NCBI RefSeq assembly: GCF_006345805.1 | Contig: NC_043009.1 | Span: 39,308,001 to 39,372,000, forward strand | Reading direction: 5' to 3' | Origin: Octopus sinensis | Lineage: Eukaryota | DNA length: 64,000 nt | Part shown: piece after piece, positions 26,550 to 39,712 of the stretch | How positions within the stretch are numbered: the stretch's first letter is position 1 | Layout of the letters: each line of letters opens with the position of its first letter | The notes under the pieces: model-generated | Told to the model about the DNA's origin: nothing | What the model saw: the letters and a program-made list of their open reading frames with translations, nothing else | Databases searched by the model: none | Translations under genes and position numbers: made by a program

Positions 26550-26920
26550 GTTTTTGTTTGGTTGGCAGATGTTTCTTGATCAAAACTTAGAAATTCCTGA
26601 CTTTGTTGGATTCTACATTCATGCTGCGGGGTTAGTTGATTTAGATACTTTCTTGTTTTTCTTTTCCAGTATATATTATGTGTGTCGCTGTTGTATACAT
26701 TCAACTTTATCGCGTTTTTTCCCATCACCCCATTATGGTAAATTCTTTATTTTTTACGTATGTTCCTTTTCCTTTAGGTAGGATATGCTGGACAGTCTCC
26801 TGATAATCTTTCCGACTAAATGTTTTTAGCACTTTAGGATGATGTTTAAGATTTCGTTTGTCTGTGTATAGAGATAACACTTTCCAGAAATTGAATCTCA
26901 CAAAAATGTTGATAGTTACT
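26550..26920 (-). mobile_element. Highly decayed Penelope-like RT thumb/linker fragment
   Basis: Minus-strand fragments SGKCYLYT, HHPKVLK and VGKIIRRLSSIS resemble the PLE 'NHP...ISRRLS' region. Many frameshifts. Confidence 0.45.
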
Positions 26921-27547
26921 TGAGTCAGTTCAAATTATATTCTTTTCATTTTTCTTTTTATTAAATTCTTTACTGCATCTATCAGATCGTGTACTTTCTG
27001 TTTGTTTTAAATTCTCTTTCACTATACAGAAACTCGGATAAATTTATTAATATATATTTTTATATCAAACATTTATTCCCATATATAAGGCCCAGCAACG
27101 TCTGTACTTTTGATAAATTAGCTTTTCAGCTACGTAGCTTCGAGTTCATTACCACTGTGCGCGGTTCATTAACTCTCTCGGACCTAAGTTCCTGTGTCTA
27201 AATTTACTCTCCTCATGAACTCCTGGGCAAAAAAGAAATCTTCCATATAAAGCTCAAGAGTAACGATTGCAGGCAAACTAATGGACATAATCTGCTGCAT
27301 CTTTTTAATCGTGTGTTGTTCATTTTCGCATCACTCGGAATCCGACGTTTAATCTGTTCCTGCAATAGCTGGAATACAGCATGACATGGTTGAGCAATGA
27401 CAGAGTTAAGCAAGTGTTTTTTTAGTACAGCCCTGAACCAACGGTTACTTTGCGAGTGAATTTGCTAGATACAAACTTTGAGGAACCCATCGCATAAATA
27501 TGTAGATAAACGTGTGTCTGTATGCCTGCATGTGTGTGTGTGTGTGT

Positions 27548-27600
<53 letters not shown>

Positions 27601-27607
27601 TGTGTGT

Positions 27608-27790
27608 GTGCTCCGGCAGGGGGTGGTGGACACCCCTGTTGTATTCTTTCGCCGCAACTTTCTCTCACTCTTTTTTCCCGTTTCTTGAGTAACGCTGCGA
27701 TGGACTGACGTCTAGCTGGGAGGAACACATATGCCATAGAAACCGGGAAAGCGGACCCATGAGCCTGACTAGGCTTGAAAAGAGCTCATA
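27608..27790 (+). mobile_element. 5'-truncated SINE: body X + tail 2
   Basis: GCTCCGGCAGGGGGTGG...TTTCTCTCACTC, then GCCATAGAAACCGGG...GGCTTGAAAAG. Confidence 0.8.
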
Positions 27791-29660
27791 AATAAAATCA
27801 AAATCTATACCATACTTACTTACCAATGAGATTTCCCTGTCCACTTACTTTTACCTCTGACCAACCCATATTCTGCCCTCCACATTTTAATTTTTTATTT
27901 ATTTCTATTCATGTTTCGCTTTTGATTTTATCTTTTTCTTTCGAGGTCATTTATTTTGTTTTCCTAAAATAAATTGCCAACAAAAACACGTGTTGATAGA
28001 CCACCTAACGCAACCAACCCTCAACCACCATTACCAACAGTCACATATTTCAATGAAATTCTGCCTTGTTTGCAGACGCGTTTTAAATTTTGTTTCTCTA
28101 AGATTACCACCGCCTGACTGTCACCCCCCTCTCAATATTTCTTTATGTCTGTCCTTGTTGCTGTCCCGTGTACTTTCTAAAAATGAAAAAAAGAAAACAA
28201 AAACAAGCAAAAAAATAGAGGAAAAGGGATCTACTTTCCCCCATCTACATAAATACGATACAATGTCTGTCCAAACAATCTACGTTCAAACATTTCCCTA
28301 CTTTACCTTACATTTATATCACTTTATTTATTTTTTACTTGTTTTTCGCTTTTACATCTCTTTTTATCCTCGTTACCCCGCTCTCCTTCTTCTTCTTCTT
28401 CTCCTCCTCCTCCTCCGTCTTCTTCTTCTTCTCTTCTTCTTCAACTTTTCCTCCTATTCTCTTTTCGTATTTCCTCCCCCACCCCAATTGAAAGACCAAT
28501 GTTTTTGTTAGCTTTCTAATGCTCCATGCATTAAATATATAAACACTTATTTAAATATTCTCCTTCATGGAAACAGTATATCTGATACGTTTTAATTCTG
28601 GAGCAACATTATTATTATTATATAGAAAAATGCAAACACATAAGCTTTCACGTGTTTCTGCCGTACGGAGATCCCGACTTATACGTTGTTAGTCGGTCAT
28701 ATCTACTCTAGTGCTTAGTTCCGGCCAAGTACCTATTCTATCGGTCTTAAGGAATCACTTAAAAATAGGGTTGTAAACGAGCCAACAGTGAGAAACACAC
28801 ACACGCGTGCATGGAGGGGGACAAACGCAGACACCAAGTCCAACATATGGATATATCCGTGTATATATATCTTGATAATATTAAAACTCTAGGGATGATT
28901 GTGTGTAACTGAAATATCTCAGAAATAGTATATTCTATATTAATTTATTTTCATACTTACCTCGGCAGTGCAGTACAAATCTTTGTGATATTTGAACCTC
29001 TATTTAAACGATTAAGCACAATTTTTGCTATTTTTTGATGAAAAAAATACATGGCTCCCATGACGTCAACACGCATACATAATGCACACACATATAATGA
29101 AGGTCATGACGTGTCAGTCAACACAAACACACGTTCGCTATCTGTGACATATACATACACAATATTTTGAAAAGTGACATTTTTCCCCCCTTGGAGTGAC
29201 CAGCTAGGTTTGCCATTTCTAAAAGCCAAGAATCATTTACTATTGAAAGACTGACCAGCTGCAAAGACATCAACAAATTTTTTCTTCTTTCTCCCCTTCT
29301 TCTTCTTCCTTTCCTTCTCTTTTTCTTTAATACTCTTCAGATACAAAACATATACACATGTACACAAACACACATACACACACGCGTGCGCTCTCTCACT
29401 TTCTCCCTATTCCTCTCCTTTTTGTACTATCTTATATCTCTCTCCACCCCTACACACTCAATTATACTATAAAAAGAGAAAAAAATCCTGCAAAAGTTCA
29501 ATTTGACAACTCTACTAGTGTGGACGAAAGCGCTTCTATATGATATATAATTTATAAAAACATATAACATACTAATAAATATCTGTAAATATAAAACCAT
29601 CCAGATTTCTGAGTACCTCATTTCTTCAAATATATAATGCCTGTACATCATCTCCAAGCC

Positions 29661-29727
<67 letters not shown>

Positions 29728-30168
29728 TTAGTGACAATTTACATATATAGTGTCCGTCTACCAACCTAGCTACTGTCTACGAAACCAATTTACAAGTCTT
29801 TATTCAGTCTCAGGCAATAGTAGAAAACGTTCGCACAAATTGCCATGCAGTGGGAACTGGGGCTGGAACAATGTACACTGTCACGCCTGCGCAACAAGAA
29901 ATGACAAAGAAAACTCAGATGTTTGTGCACAATTTTAACTATATCTGTACAATGTTAACTATATCTGTATGTTGTAAGCAACATAATCTCTCTGGTAATA
30001 AATAGTTATGAATGTATAGTTATAAATAAATCATTATGAATGAACATCTGTACATTCATAAAGTATTGAGCAGTTTTACCCGATCGTTCAATCGATCGTT
30101 CAATACCAGCTCGAGAATCTTAATGCGCACTCGCACATATATATATAGTGGTATATATATACATATAC

Positions 30169-30224
<56 letters not shown>

Positions 30225-30399
30225 ATGTGTGTGTGTTTGCATATATTTGTTTATATATTCTTTTATTCTTTCATTTTTTCCAGTCATTTGACTGCGACCA
30301 TGCTGGAGCACAGCCTTCAGTCGAGCAAATGGACCCCAGGAATTATTCTTTGCGAGCCAACTACTCATTCTCTCGGTCACTTTTGTCGAACCGCCAATA

Positions 30400-30838
30400 T
30401 CATTTCCACAATAGAAGCGATATATCATTTGCACAATATAGAGAATATACCACCAGCATTGCCCAAGCGACTTCAACAAAAGCTTCAAAATTTATCGAAA
30501 GCTAGGACCACAGGCCATACGTCCCCTATCCGATTCAGGATCCCGAAACAAAAATACAATGCAACACAATTTCTTTTCTTCAACAAGCCTTGCCCTATTT
30601 AACATTTTCCTGAAACAGATCAAAATGGCAAAGGATACCATCAACTTTGAATGGAATCTGGACAAATTTCTTTATGGGATACCAGATAAGCCACCTGTAC
30701 CTGGATACAAATCACTCAACAAAGAAACCCCTACTTGAAGGGGACATAATACCGCAAAACTTGACTTAAAACAGATTTAGGTGGTGCTGTTAAGTCAGAC
30801 ATGATCTGGAGCAACCTTTGGTTGAAACCTATCTAAGT
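30400..30838 (+). mobile_element. CR1/L2-type LINE 3' end fragment (copy 1)
   Basis: Frameshifted ...NIFLKQIKMAKDTINFEWNLDKFLYGIPDKPPVPGY resembles the CR1/L2 ORF2 C-terminus (FNxLP...FKxxLDxFL). Confidence 0.6.
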
Positions 30839-30870
30839 TACATATACATACATACATATACATATATATA

Positions 30871-30901
<31 letters not shown>

Positions 30902-31050
30902 GTATATATATACGTACATATATATATGTATATATATATATATATATAAGTATATGCATGCACACATATATATGTAAATATTAATGTATATATATATGTG
31001 TGTATACACACATACACACATATACTCATTTAAGAGTATGTATGTATTGT

Positions 31051-31091
<41 letters not shown>

Positions 31092-31116
31092 GTGTGTGTG
31101 TGGTGTGTGTGTGTGT

Positions 31117-31155
<39 letters not shown>

Positions 31156-31330
31156 ATGTGTGTGTGTTTGCATATATTTGTTTATATATTCTTTTATTCT
31201 TTCATTTTTTCCAGTCATTTGACTGCGACCATGCTGGAGCACAGCCTTCAGTCGAGCAAATGGACCCCAGGAATTATTCTTTGCGAGCCAACTACTCATT
31301 CTCTCGGTCACTTTTGTCGAACCGCCAATA

Positions 31331-31770
31331 TCATTTCCACAATAGAAGCGATATATCATTTGCACAATATAGAGAATATACCACCAGCATTGCCCAAGCG
31401 ACTTCAACAAAAGCTTCAAAATTTATCGAAAGCTAGGACCACAGGCCATACGTCCCCTATCCGATTCAGGATCCCGAAACAAAAATACAATGCAACACAA
31501 TTTCTTTTCTTCAACAAGCCTTGCCCTATTTAACATTGTCCTGAAACAGATCAAAATGGCAAAGGATACCATCAACTTTGAATGGAATCTGGACAAATTT
31601 CTTTATGGGATACCAGATAAGCCACCTGTACCTGGATACAAATCACTCAACAAAGAAACCCCTACTTGAAGGGGACATAATACCGCAAAACTTGACTTAA
31701 AACAGATTTAGGTGGTGCTGTTAAGTCAGACATGACCTGGAGCAACCTTTGGTTGAAACCTATCTAAGTT
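31331..31770 (+). mobile_element. CR1/L2-type LINE 3' end fragment (copy 2)
   Basis: Duplicate of 30400-30838. Confidence 0.6.
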
Positions 31771-31792
31771 ACATATACATACATACATATAC

Positions 31793-31836
<44 letters not shown>

Positions 31837-31994
31837 GTATATATATACGTACATATATATATGTATATATATATATATATATAAGTATATGCATGCACAC
31901 ATATATATGTAAATATTAATGTATATATATATGTGTGTATACACACATACAAACATATACTCATTTAAGAGTATGTATGTATTGTTGTATATAT

Positions 31995-32028
<34 letters not shown>

Positions 32029-32602
32029 CGTGTGTGTGTGTGTGTGGTGTGTGTGGTGTGTGTGTGTGTGTGTGTGTGCTTTTGTGTCTGTTATGATATT
32101 ACGAAATCATTAATTGTATATGTCTAACAGTTACGAATAAAATTGTCGTAAGTTTACCAATAAGTTTATGAATTTTTCATACGATGATTTACAAATTCTT
32201 CTGGAAATTGTGTCGTTAAAGAAAATAAGAGCAAATATAAATACTGTCTCTGAATAATAAATCTTTTGCCAAACATTTCGTTTGCTTAAGGCTACATTTT
32301 CAAATTTAATTAACATTTGGTTCTTCTTAATGGCATTATTACATAAGATAGAATATCTATGATTTATTAATTGCAAAGGTTTTGAGAACGATCGGTATCT
32401 GAAACAACATAACTTATATGTAATAAAGGCAAAATATTGATAAACACGTATTAACAGATAAATATATACACGTACTCGTCAAAAATTTTAACGCCCAACA
32501 AATGCTAACATTCTGTTAGAGCTTCTAGCTAACAAAGCAAATATCATTAAAAATTAAACGCACTATACGCGTGCATAGGCACACGTGTCTGCACACACAT
32601 GC

Positions 32603-32658
<56 letters not shown>

Positions 32659-32755
32659 TATGAATCCATATATGTGTATGTATGCTTCTGGTGTATGTAT
32701 GTACGTAAGTAATATATATTTATGCATGTGTGTATTCGATTGTATGTGTGTTTGC

Positions 32756-33026
32756 ATGGCTGTGTGGTAAGTAGCTTGCTTACCAGCCACATGGTTCCGG
32801 GTTCAGTCCCACTGCGTGGCAAGTGTCTTCTACTATAGCCTCGGGCCGACCAAAGCCTTGTGAGTGGATTTGGTAGACGGGAACTGAAAGAAGCCCATCG
32901 TATATATGTATATATATACATGTACGTGTGTTTATATGTTTGTCTGTCTGTGTTTGTCCCCCCACCAACATCGCTTGACAACTGATGCTGGTGTGGTTAC
33001 ATCCCCGTAACTTAGTGGTTCGGCAT
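32756..33026 (+). mobile_element. SINE family A, 3'-truncated
   Basis: Colinear with 22543-22910. Confidence 0.85.
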
Positions 33027-33035
33027 TTTTCGATG

Positions 33036-33118
<83 letters not shown>

Positions 33119-33122
<4 letters not shown>

Positions 33123-33184
33123 AAACTGCTTGGAATCGAACTCGGAATCTTGGGTTAGTAACCCGGGCTCTTAACCACTACGCC
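33119..33184 (-). mobile_element. Very short tRNA-like SINE with an (AAT)n tail
   Basis: Minus strand GGCGTAGTGGTTAAGAG (A-box) ... GAGTTCGATTCC (B-box), then (AAT)n. No acceptor stem. Confidence 0.6.
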
Positions 33185-35079
33185 CTCTTTGCCACACACC
33201 TCCGAAGTACGGGAACATATACAAACTGACACCTTCATTATGCATTACTGCATTTCAACTTTCTTTCGATGGAAAGAAAAAATACTATATGTTGAATATA
33301 TTTGTGTTGTCACTCATTTAAAATACCTTATGTATATGGATATCCATAGCATTAAGTGTAACTTTAATGTTATTAACATGAGTATCAAAGGGCGGCAAGC
33401 TGGAAGAATCCCTCGAAATTGCTGGTTTGTGCCAAAACTTGGAACCAGTATTAATATTCTTATTATCTTTATTTTATTGATATTAACTCCATAATCATAT
33501 TCCGTAATGCATTATTGGAAGCTGTGCTGCCTAGCTTTAGTGACATAGTTTCATAGGAAAAAGTTTCCAAATTTGTAAAGTAGCAAATTAATCCTTTTCG
33601 AAGGACTTCCATTACTCCCGCCTTGATGGAATGAAGTAGAATTAATTAAACAGGCAAATGTATGACAGATTCCAAATACGCATGAAAGCATGTTAATAAG
33701 CTTGCTGGAAAGAATACAAGTTATTTATTCTCGAATATTGACTGTTAACCGGCATGCCACCACGAGAAAAATACTTTGTGAAATCCCGATATTAATAGAA
33801 GCTCTTCAGAAAATTATTTGCTTTTAACCTATTAACGCATGTTGATTCTGTCTTATATTGCTTGAAAGAGAATTTCAGCTCTTCCACAATCTTTCCAAAC
33901 CTACAACAACACCGAATGTATGTTATATCAAAGTTTTAAAGTTCTTACTTGGAAGGGAAAGTAAAATATTTCTATTAACGTAATCCCCTGCTGTTCTTAT
34001 GTAAGATCTCTTTCCACACACCAGTTCCCGTGTTTTGCCTAACGTACTTAACCACGACGTAAAAGAAACTAATGTTCTCTGACAGAATATAGCGCACGTG
34101 ATTTATTCTTTCCCCAAATGAGACGGATTATTGATCTGACTAATGATATAGCAGTCATTAACTTGCCATCTACATATAGCTTGTATATTCCATAAGAAAC
34201 CAAAAATGTTAAATTAGCTTATTTCGACGTTTTTCCTCGTATATTTTCAGTTATATCTCATGGCCATTACGAACGAAACGCGAAAGCTTAAAATACTTCA
34301 CTGCAGATTATTCTTTCTAAGAATTTAAAGTATGACAACAACATGAAAAATGAAAGAGAAGGAATGCGCTAACAGCATGCTCCAACTCTGCCATGGGCTT
34401 CTGTGTCACGTTACAACTCGACATTAAAGATAAAATTTAAAAGAAGTTTAGTAATATAGGCGCAGAGATAGCTGTGTGTTTAAGAAGGTCGCATTGCAAC
34501 CATATGATTTCACGTTCAATCCCATTGCACGTTACTTTGTGTAAGAGGTTTTAGCAAGCCCCGCAGTCCAACCACTGAAACAAGTAAAAGATATAACTTT
34601 TTTCTTATATTCTTACAATATATTTTTTATAAAACTATCAAAGTGAAGATTCCAGAATTGATTAAGAAAATGAGGATTATATCTTACCTGACAAAATAAG
34701 TCAGGGAAATATTTCCAAACAGGAAATTACACTAGATATTCAATATTAAATGTGACTAGAGATATCGATTTATTATTATTATTAATATTATTATTATTAT
34801 TATTATTATCATTATTATTATTGAGAGAGACTGCAGCGCATGTCTTCAAAGTTGCACTGATGCAAAATATGCATACTGTACGCGCAAACTCATACGTATA
34901 ACCATCATTATTACCCGTCTGATAAGGGTAGTGAATAAGTCACTAACCGAAATATGTGAATCTATTGTTACTATTTACTTGTTTAAGGGTTGTACTGGAT
35001 AAATTGCGAAATTAACTCTAACAGTCCAAATAATAAGAAATAAGCATACTCCATTTCATTTAATTTTTACCAAATAATT

Positions 35080-35330
35080 TAGGAAAACGAATGGGTTAGT
35101 TCCCTTCGCTATATATATAAGAACCTCTTCTAGAGGCGAATGGGTTATTTTCCTTGGCTTTTAAGATAAAATATATTAGATATATATATATAAGAATCCC
35201 TTCCAGGTTTCTAGAATGAGTTCTACGTATGTGTCAAGTTTCATCAAAATCGATAAATCGATTTATGAGGATTTAGCTAACAACTCCACAAACACACCCA
35301 CAGACAGAATCTCCAACATATGTATATGTT
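35080..35330. mobile_element. Possible Helitron/Helentron-type non-autonomous fragment
   Basis: TGTGTCAAGTTTCATCAAAATCG...CACAGACAGA resembles such elements from recall only. No termini confirmed. Confidence 0.3.
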
Positions 35331-35337
35331 TTCCCAG

Positions 35338-35556
35338 CCTAATGCAGGCTGTCACAGCAGACCCAAGTCTATCGTGTGTGACGGACTGCCCTCTCGCCCG
35401 ACTTTAACTATGCCACTGAATCGAGTGTAATTATACAGTCCATACACTTTCCCGTCAAAATACGAGGTCTGTGTAAGAAATCATTATTAGCGTGTAAAGT
35501 TACTAATGGAAACCATTTAATTCATTACTGTTAAGCCGGTTTGGTCTTGTTTAGAT

Positions 35557-35559
<3 letters not shown>
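35338..35559. repeat. 221-bp direct repeat, copy 1
   Basis: Aligns with 36788-37008. The 3' three-quarters are nearly identical and the 5' part is more diverged. Confidence 0.95.
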
Positions 35560-35613
<54 letters not shown>

Positions 35614-35954
35614 TCTTATTAATCCGATGGGAGGCAATGTGAGCAGGAACTAAAAGAACATTACAAAATCCACAGAAAGATCAAACACATACATATATTC
35701 ATATTCATTTATATCTACAGAACAGATATTAAATCCGACGTTTAAAAATATAATATTATATAAATATATAAACATCATATAAAATATATAAGTATATAAG
35801 AGACACAATGTTGCATAGATAACACATTGAATTTACGTTTAAAACCATAAAACATTTCGTGAAAATTTAACTCTAAACTGCAGTCTGTTTCCTTAGGCCA
35901 GACGACACTCTGTATGCAATATAGAAACGTCAATTTATAGTGGTTTCTAATTTT

Positions 35955-36342
35955 GTCACAAGGCCAGAAATTTTGGGATGGGAATAAGTCGATTTGATCG
36001 ACCCTATTTTTCAAATGGTACCTATTTTATACTGCTCGAAAGGATGAAAGGCACCACCGACCTTGGCGGAATTTGAACTCAGAATGTAAAGACGGATGAA
36101 ATACCTGTTACTTTATTACCCAGAAGGAGCTAAGCATAGAGGGGATAAACAAGGGCAGACAAACGGATTAAGTCGATTACATCGACCCCCAGTGCGTAAC
36201 TGGTACTTAATTTATCGACTTCGAAAGGATGAAAGGCAAAGTCGATCTGGGCGGAATTTGAACTCAGAACGTAACGGCAGACGAAATACTACAGCTACAC
36301 ATTTTTCCCGGCGTGCCAACGTTTCTGCCAGCTCACCGATCT
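35955..36342 (-). mobile_element. SINE family B dimer
   Basis: A full unit plus a second unit starting at GTATTTC; same architecture as 6979-7563. Confidence 0.8.
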
Positions 36343-36787
36343 GATATCTATTTATGTAGATATTGAAATATACGAAGATTCCTGCTACCTATCACACACC
36401 TCTCTTAACTTGATATCAGTAAGAAATATACACTGTTTCTCTGATGAAAAAATGTCCTCCTTCCTCACTCGTCAAATACATTCACACTTGAAATACTCAT
36501 GCTATTTGTTTGAAACTATTGGCATCAAGGAATCCAACATGCTGTCCCAATCTTTAGTTACCATTAAAACTTGTTTCAAAGAAAATATTGCCCTAGTGTC
36601 ATCTTTGAACAAATTATTTACCTTTTTCACTACTGGTGAAAAACTACCTTCGGTATTAGATTGTGGCTCTCAGAATATTACGTTCTGATTTGCATTTCAC
36701 CCTCCCGGGGTCGACAAAAGTCAGTGAAAAATTGAGTCAGTGGCGGAGTATTCTTTGAGTTTAATGACCCCTTCACTATTTTCTCAC

Positions 36788-37008
36788 CCTAATGTAGGCT
36801 GTCACAGCAAACTGAAAAGTATCATGCGAGACGGGCTGCCTCTCGCCTGACTTTAGCTACGCCACTGAATCGAGTGTAATTATACAGACCATACACTTTC
36901 CCGTCAAAATACGTGGTCTGTGTTAGAAATCATTATTAGCGTGCAAAGTTACTAATGGAAACCATTTAATTCATTACTGTTAAGTCGGTTTGGTCTTGTT
37001 TAGATGGT
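36788..37008. repeat. 221-bp direct repeat, copy 2
   Basis: See 35338-35559. Confidence 0.95.
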
Positions 37009-38425
37009 GAGCAACTGTAATTTCCGAAGACTAATAGACAGGATTTTGAAAATAAAATGAAATGAAATAAAAATAAAATAAATAACAAGATAAAGATTTT
37101 AATAAAAATAGGTTTTTAGTAAGCAATGCTCCGATAAACCTTTCGCCTGACTGTGCTGTCGTTCTTTTAATTAACATTTCTTATTCAAATAATCTGCTCA
37201 ATTGATTTCTACTTCGCTCGAAGGAAATAATGTAACATAGTGGGGTGAAAAGGTGAGTGAAAATCCTGCTAGCTGAACCATTAAAAAAAAAAGCTAAATG
37301 TAAATATACATTCTGGTACTTGATATTTCATTGTTCTGAAGAACATTCTTGTTTTTCTCTTTTTGGTTTCTTTTTGTTCAACGAAAAAAAAAAAAATGTT
37401 GATAATGTTTATCTGTGGTTTTTCTTAAAGGTTATTATCTCCTCAATGTGTATTTCGCATTCAAGCGGCAATTAGATATATACAACACAGTAAACTAGAA
37501 AAAGTCTAATAGCGATGATGTTCTGCTGACAAGACAAAACTAGTTTCGATACGAAGAAACTAATTCGGTGAACTTCTCTAATTACTATTCTGACACCTAT
37601 AACTCCCTCTTTCTTCTTTCTGTATTTGCATTTCTATTTCTTTGTGCGTATGCTTTCCAAGATACCAAAGAAAATCTTTAGAGAAAAGTACTAGTTAAAC
37701 AAAGGAAGAAGCGAGGAAAAGGTTTAGTAACTACATTGTGAAAAGAAAAGGCAGAAAGTGAAGACAAAGAAACGTACTCAGCTGTGAATATTTGGTATGA
37801 ATTATTTCTCGAACGCAATCAATGCTGCAGTGGAGTAGATAGTAATTTAGTCTTAATATAGCAAAGCTAGCGGCATTCTCAATACCTATTGAAAAAGTAA
37901 AAACTAACGAATATTTATCGGAAATTATTCCAAAAGAACACAGTGTAGGAAATTTGCCTCGAAACTTGTCGAACACTATTTTACAAGTAAATAGACTGAT
38001 CAAAAGAATTAGTTCACTGATGCATCACTAGATAAGCAGGTTCTTAGCAACCCTCTCCTACGCTCTTCTGACATGTTTAGTTAACCGTCTCTTTTCTCTG
38101 TCAGTCTTCTATTGTTACCTGCATGTTGGCAATCTTTAGTACATATAATATTACATTTGTACTGTAACTGCTACTGTTATCATCTGAACACTTACTGCAG
38201 CTGTGATGCTGACAATTCCGGTGCTATAGCAAAGGCATACTACAACTATCTTTACCATTTACAGCCTAATATATCCTGTCGGAATAAATATATTTTCTGT
38301 GAAATTGCTTAGTCTAGTTTTTAAAGCTATTTAGTTCACGATCATAATATCTTGAGTTCAATTTCTGAACCAGACGGTACGTTGTGTCCTTCTGCAAGGC
38401 ACTTCCTTTCGCGTTGCTCTAGTCT

Positions 38426-38710
38426 TCTTCTTCCACGCCCTTTTCAAGCCTAGCCAGGCTCATTGGCCCGGTTTCCCGGTTTCTGTGGCGTATGTGTTCC
38501 CCCCGCACCAGCTCAAGAAACAGGAAGAAAGAGTGAGAGAAAGTTGGGGCGAAAGAGTACAACAGGGGTTGCCCTCCCCCCTGCCAGAGCCTCGTGTAGC
38601 TTTGGGTGTTTTCGCTCAATAAACACACACAACGCCAGGGCTGGGAATCGAAACCGCGATCCTCCAGCCGCGAGTCAGCTGCCCTAACCACTGGGCCACT
38701 GCGTTTCCAC
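38426..38710 (-). mobile_element. tRNA-derived SINE: body X + shortened tail 2, (GAA)n end, 13-bp TSD
   Basis: TSD GTTGCTCTAGTCT at 38413-38425 and 38711-38723. Confidence 0.9.
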
Positions 38711-39519
38711 GTTGCTCTAGTCTACTTAACTGAAAATAAATATTAGCCGAGTGGCTGTGCTGCTCTCCCTCCCTCCGGCTGTCACGCTCTGGATTTGCCG
38801 CAGGATCAAATAATAGGAGAGAATGTGTCTATGTCTATACTCCACTACCTAGGCACCTAATACAATAAATGCATGACTTTTGCTACCAAACTGCAATTGC
38901 TCGCCATTGACGATTATTCTATAAATTTATTTACTTAAAAGTCTGCGGAGAGATATTTCATGATAAGTGTTCTAATCTGAGATTGCGTATTGAAATTGAA
39001 GCGGTTGCAGCATGGAAACCGTAAGTCAGTTATTCAGAAATACAGAAAGACTATCGACTTCATTTACCACATATATTGTTTGTAATACGGGGTTAAAAAT
39101 TTCGTCGCTCGAAACTCCAAACTGGTCACTGACAAAATTTGTACTGCATTTCGATTTACTACAACGCTATATATCTTAACTTGTATGGAAGCCTCAACTT
39201 CTCAGTTTCCATTGCTCTAACATATTTAATTAATCTTTTATTGGTTTCAGTCGTTGCAGTGCTGCCATGCTATAAAATTGTAGTTGAACAAGTTGACACT
39301 AATAATTCGTATTATCTGGTACTTACTTTATCATCTCTTTGTCAAAATGCTATGTTACAGGATTTAAACAGACACTGATTAAACGCTTCAACGGATAATC
39401 GGTGTAGTATAAATATACTAATCCACATGAAGAAATACACACACATACATATACATACGAAATATACACCGCCGGAAGTTGCTGTTGGCAAACAACAGCA
39501 GTAATTTTATTGAGCTGAA

Positions 39520-39712
39520 TACACGTCATTGATTGGTTGATATTACCGAAATACGAGAATTTTAACACGAAATAACTTCATAAACATAAACTTTTCTCAA
39601 AAACGCTAAGAGTAAAACATGTTTTATATGACACATTCTACCAGTATACGAAATCTGAAAGTGTTTAGTTACAAAATATTATTTTCTAAGTCTGCCGGTC
39701 AAAAGGTAAAGA
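39520..39712. mobile_element. Solo end of a MITE family related to 40549-40981
   Basis: Shares ATTGATTGGTTGA and ACACATTCTACCAGTATACGAA. Terminus CTGCCGGTCAAAAGGTAAAGATCC. No partner end found. Confidence 0.6.

Larger units (their letters stand above)
30192..32075. repeat. Near-identical tandem duplication, period 931 bp
   Basis: TGCTGGAGCA at 30301 and 31232. Only about 3 substitutions seen outside microsatellites. Junctions lie in (TG)n tracts. Confidence 0.95.

Noticed and set aside
28952-28970. ATACTTACCT resembling the U1 snRNA 5' end
   Set aside because: No downstream U1 stems or Sm site; better read as a minus-strand splice donor.
29061-29068. Full CRE palindrome TGACGTCA
   Set aside because: A single 8-mer is expected by chance in 64 kb and there is no promoter context.
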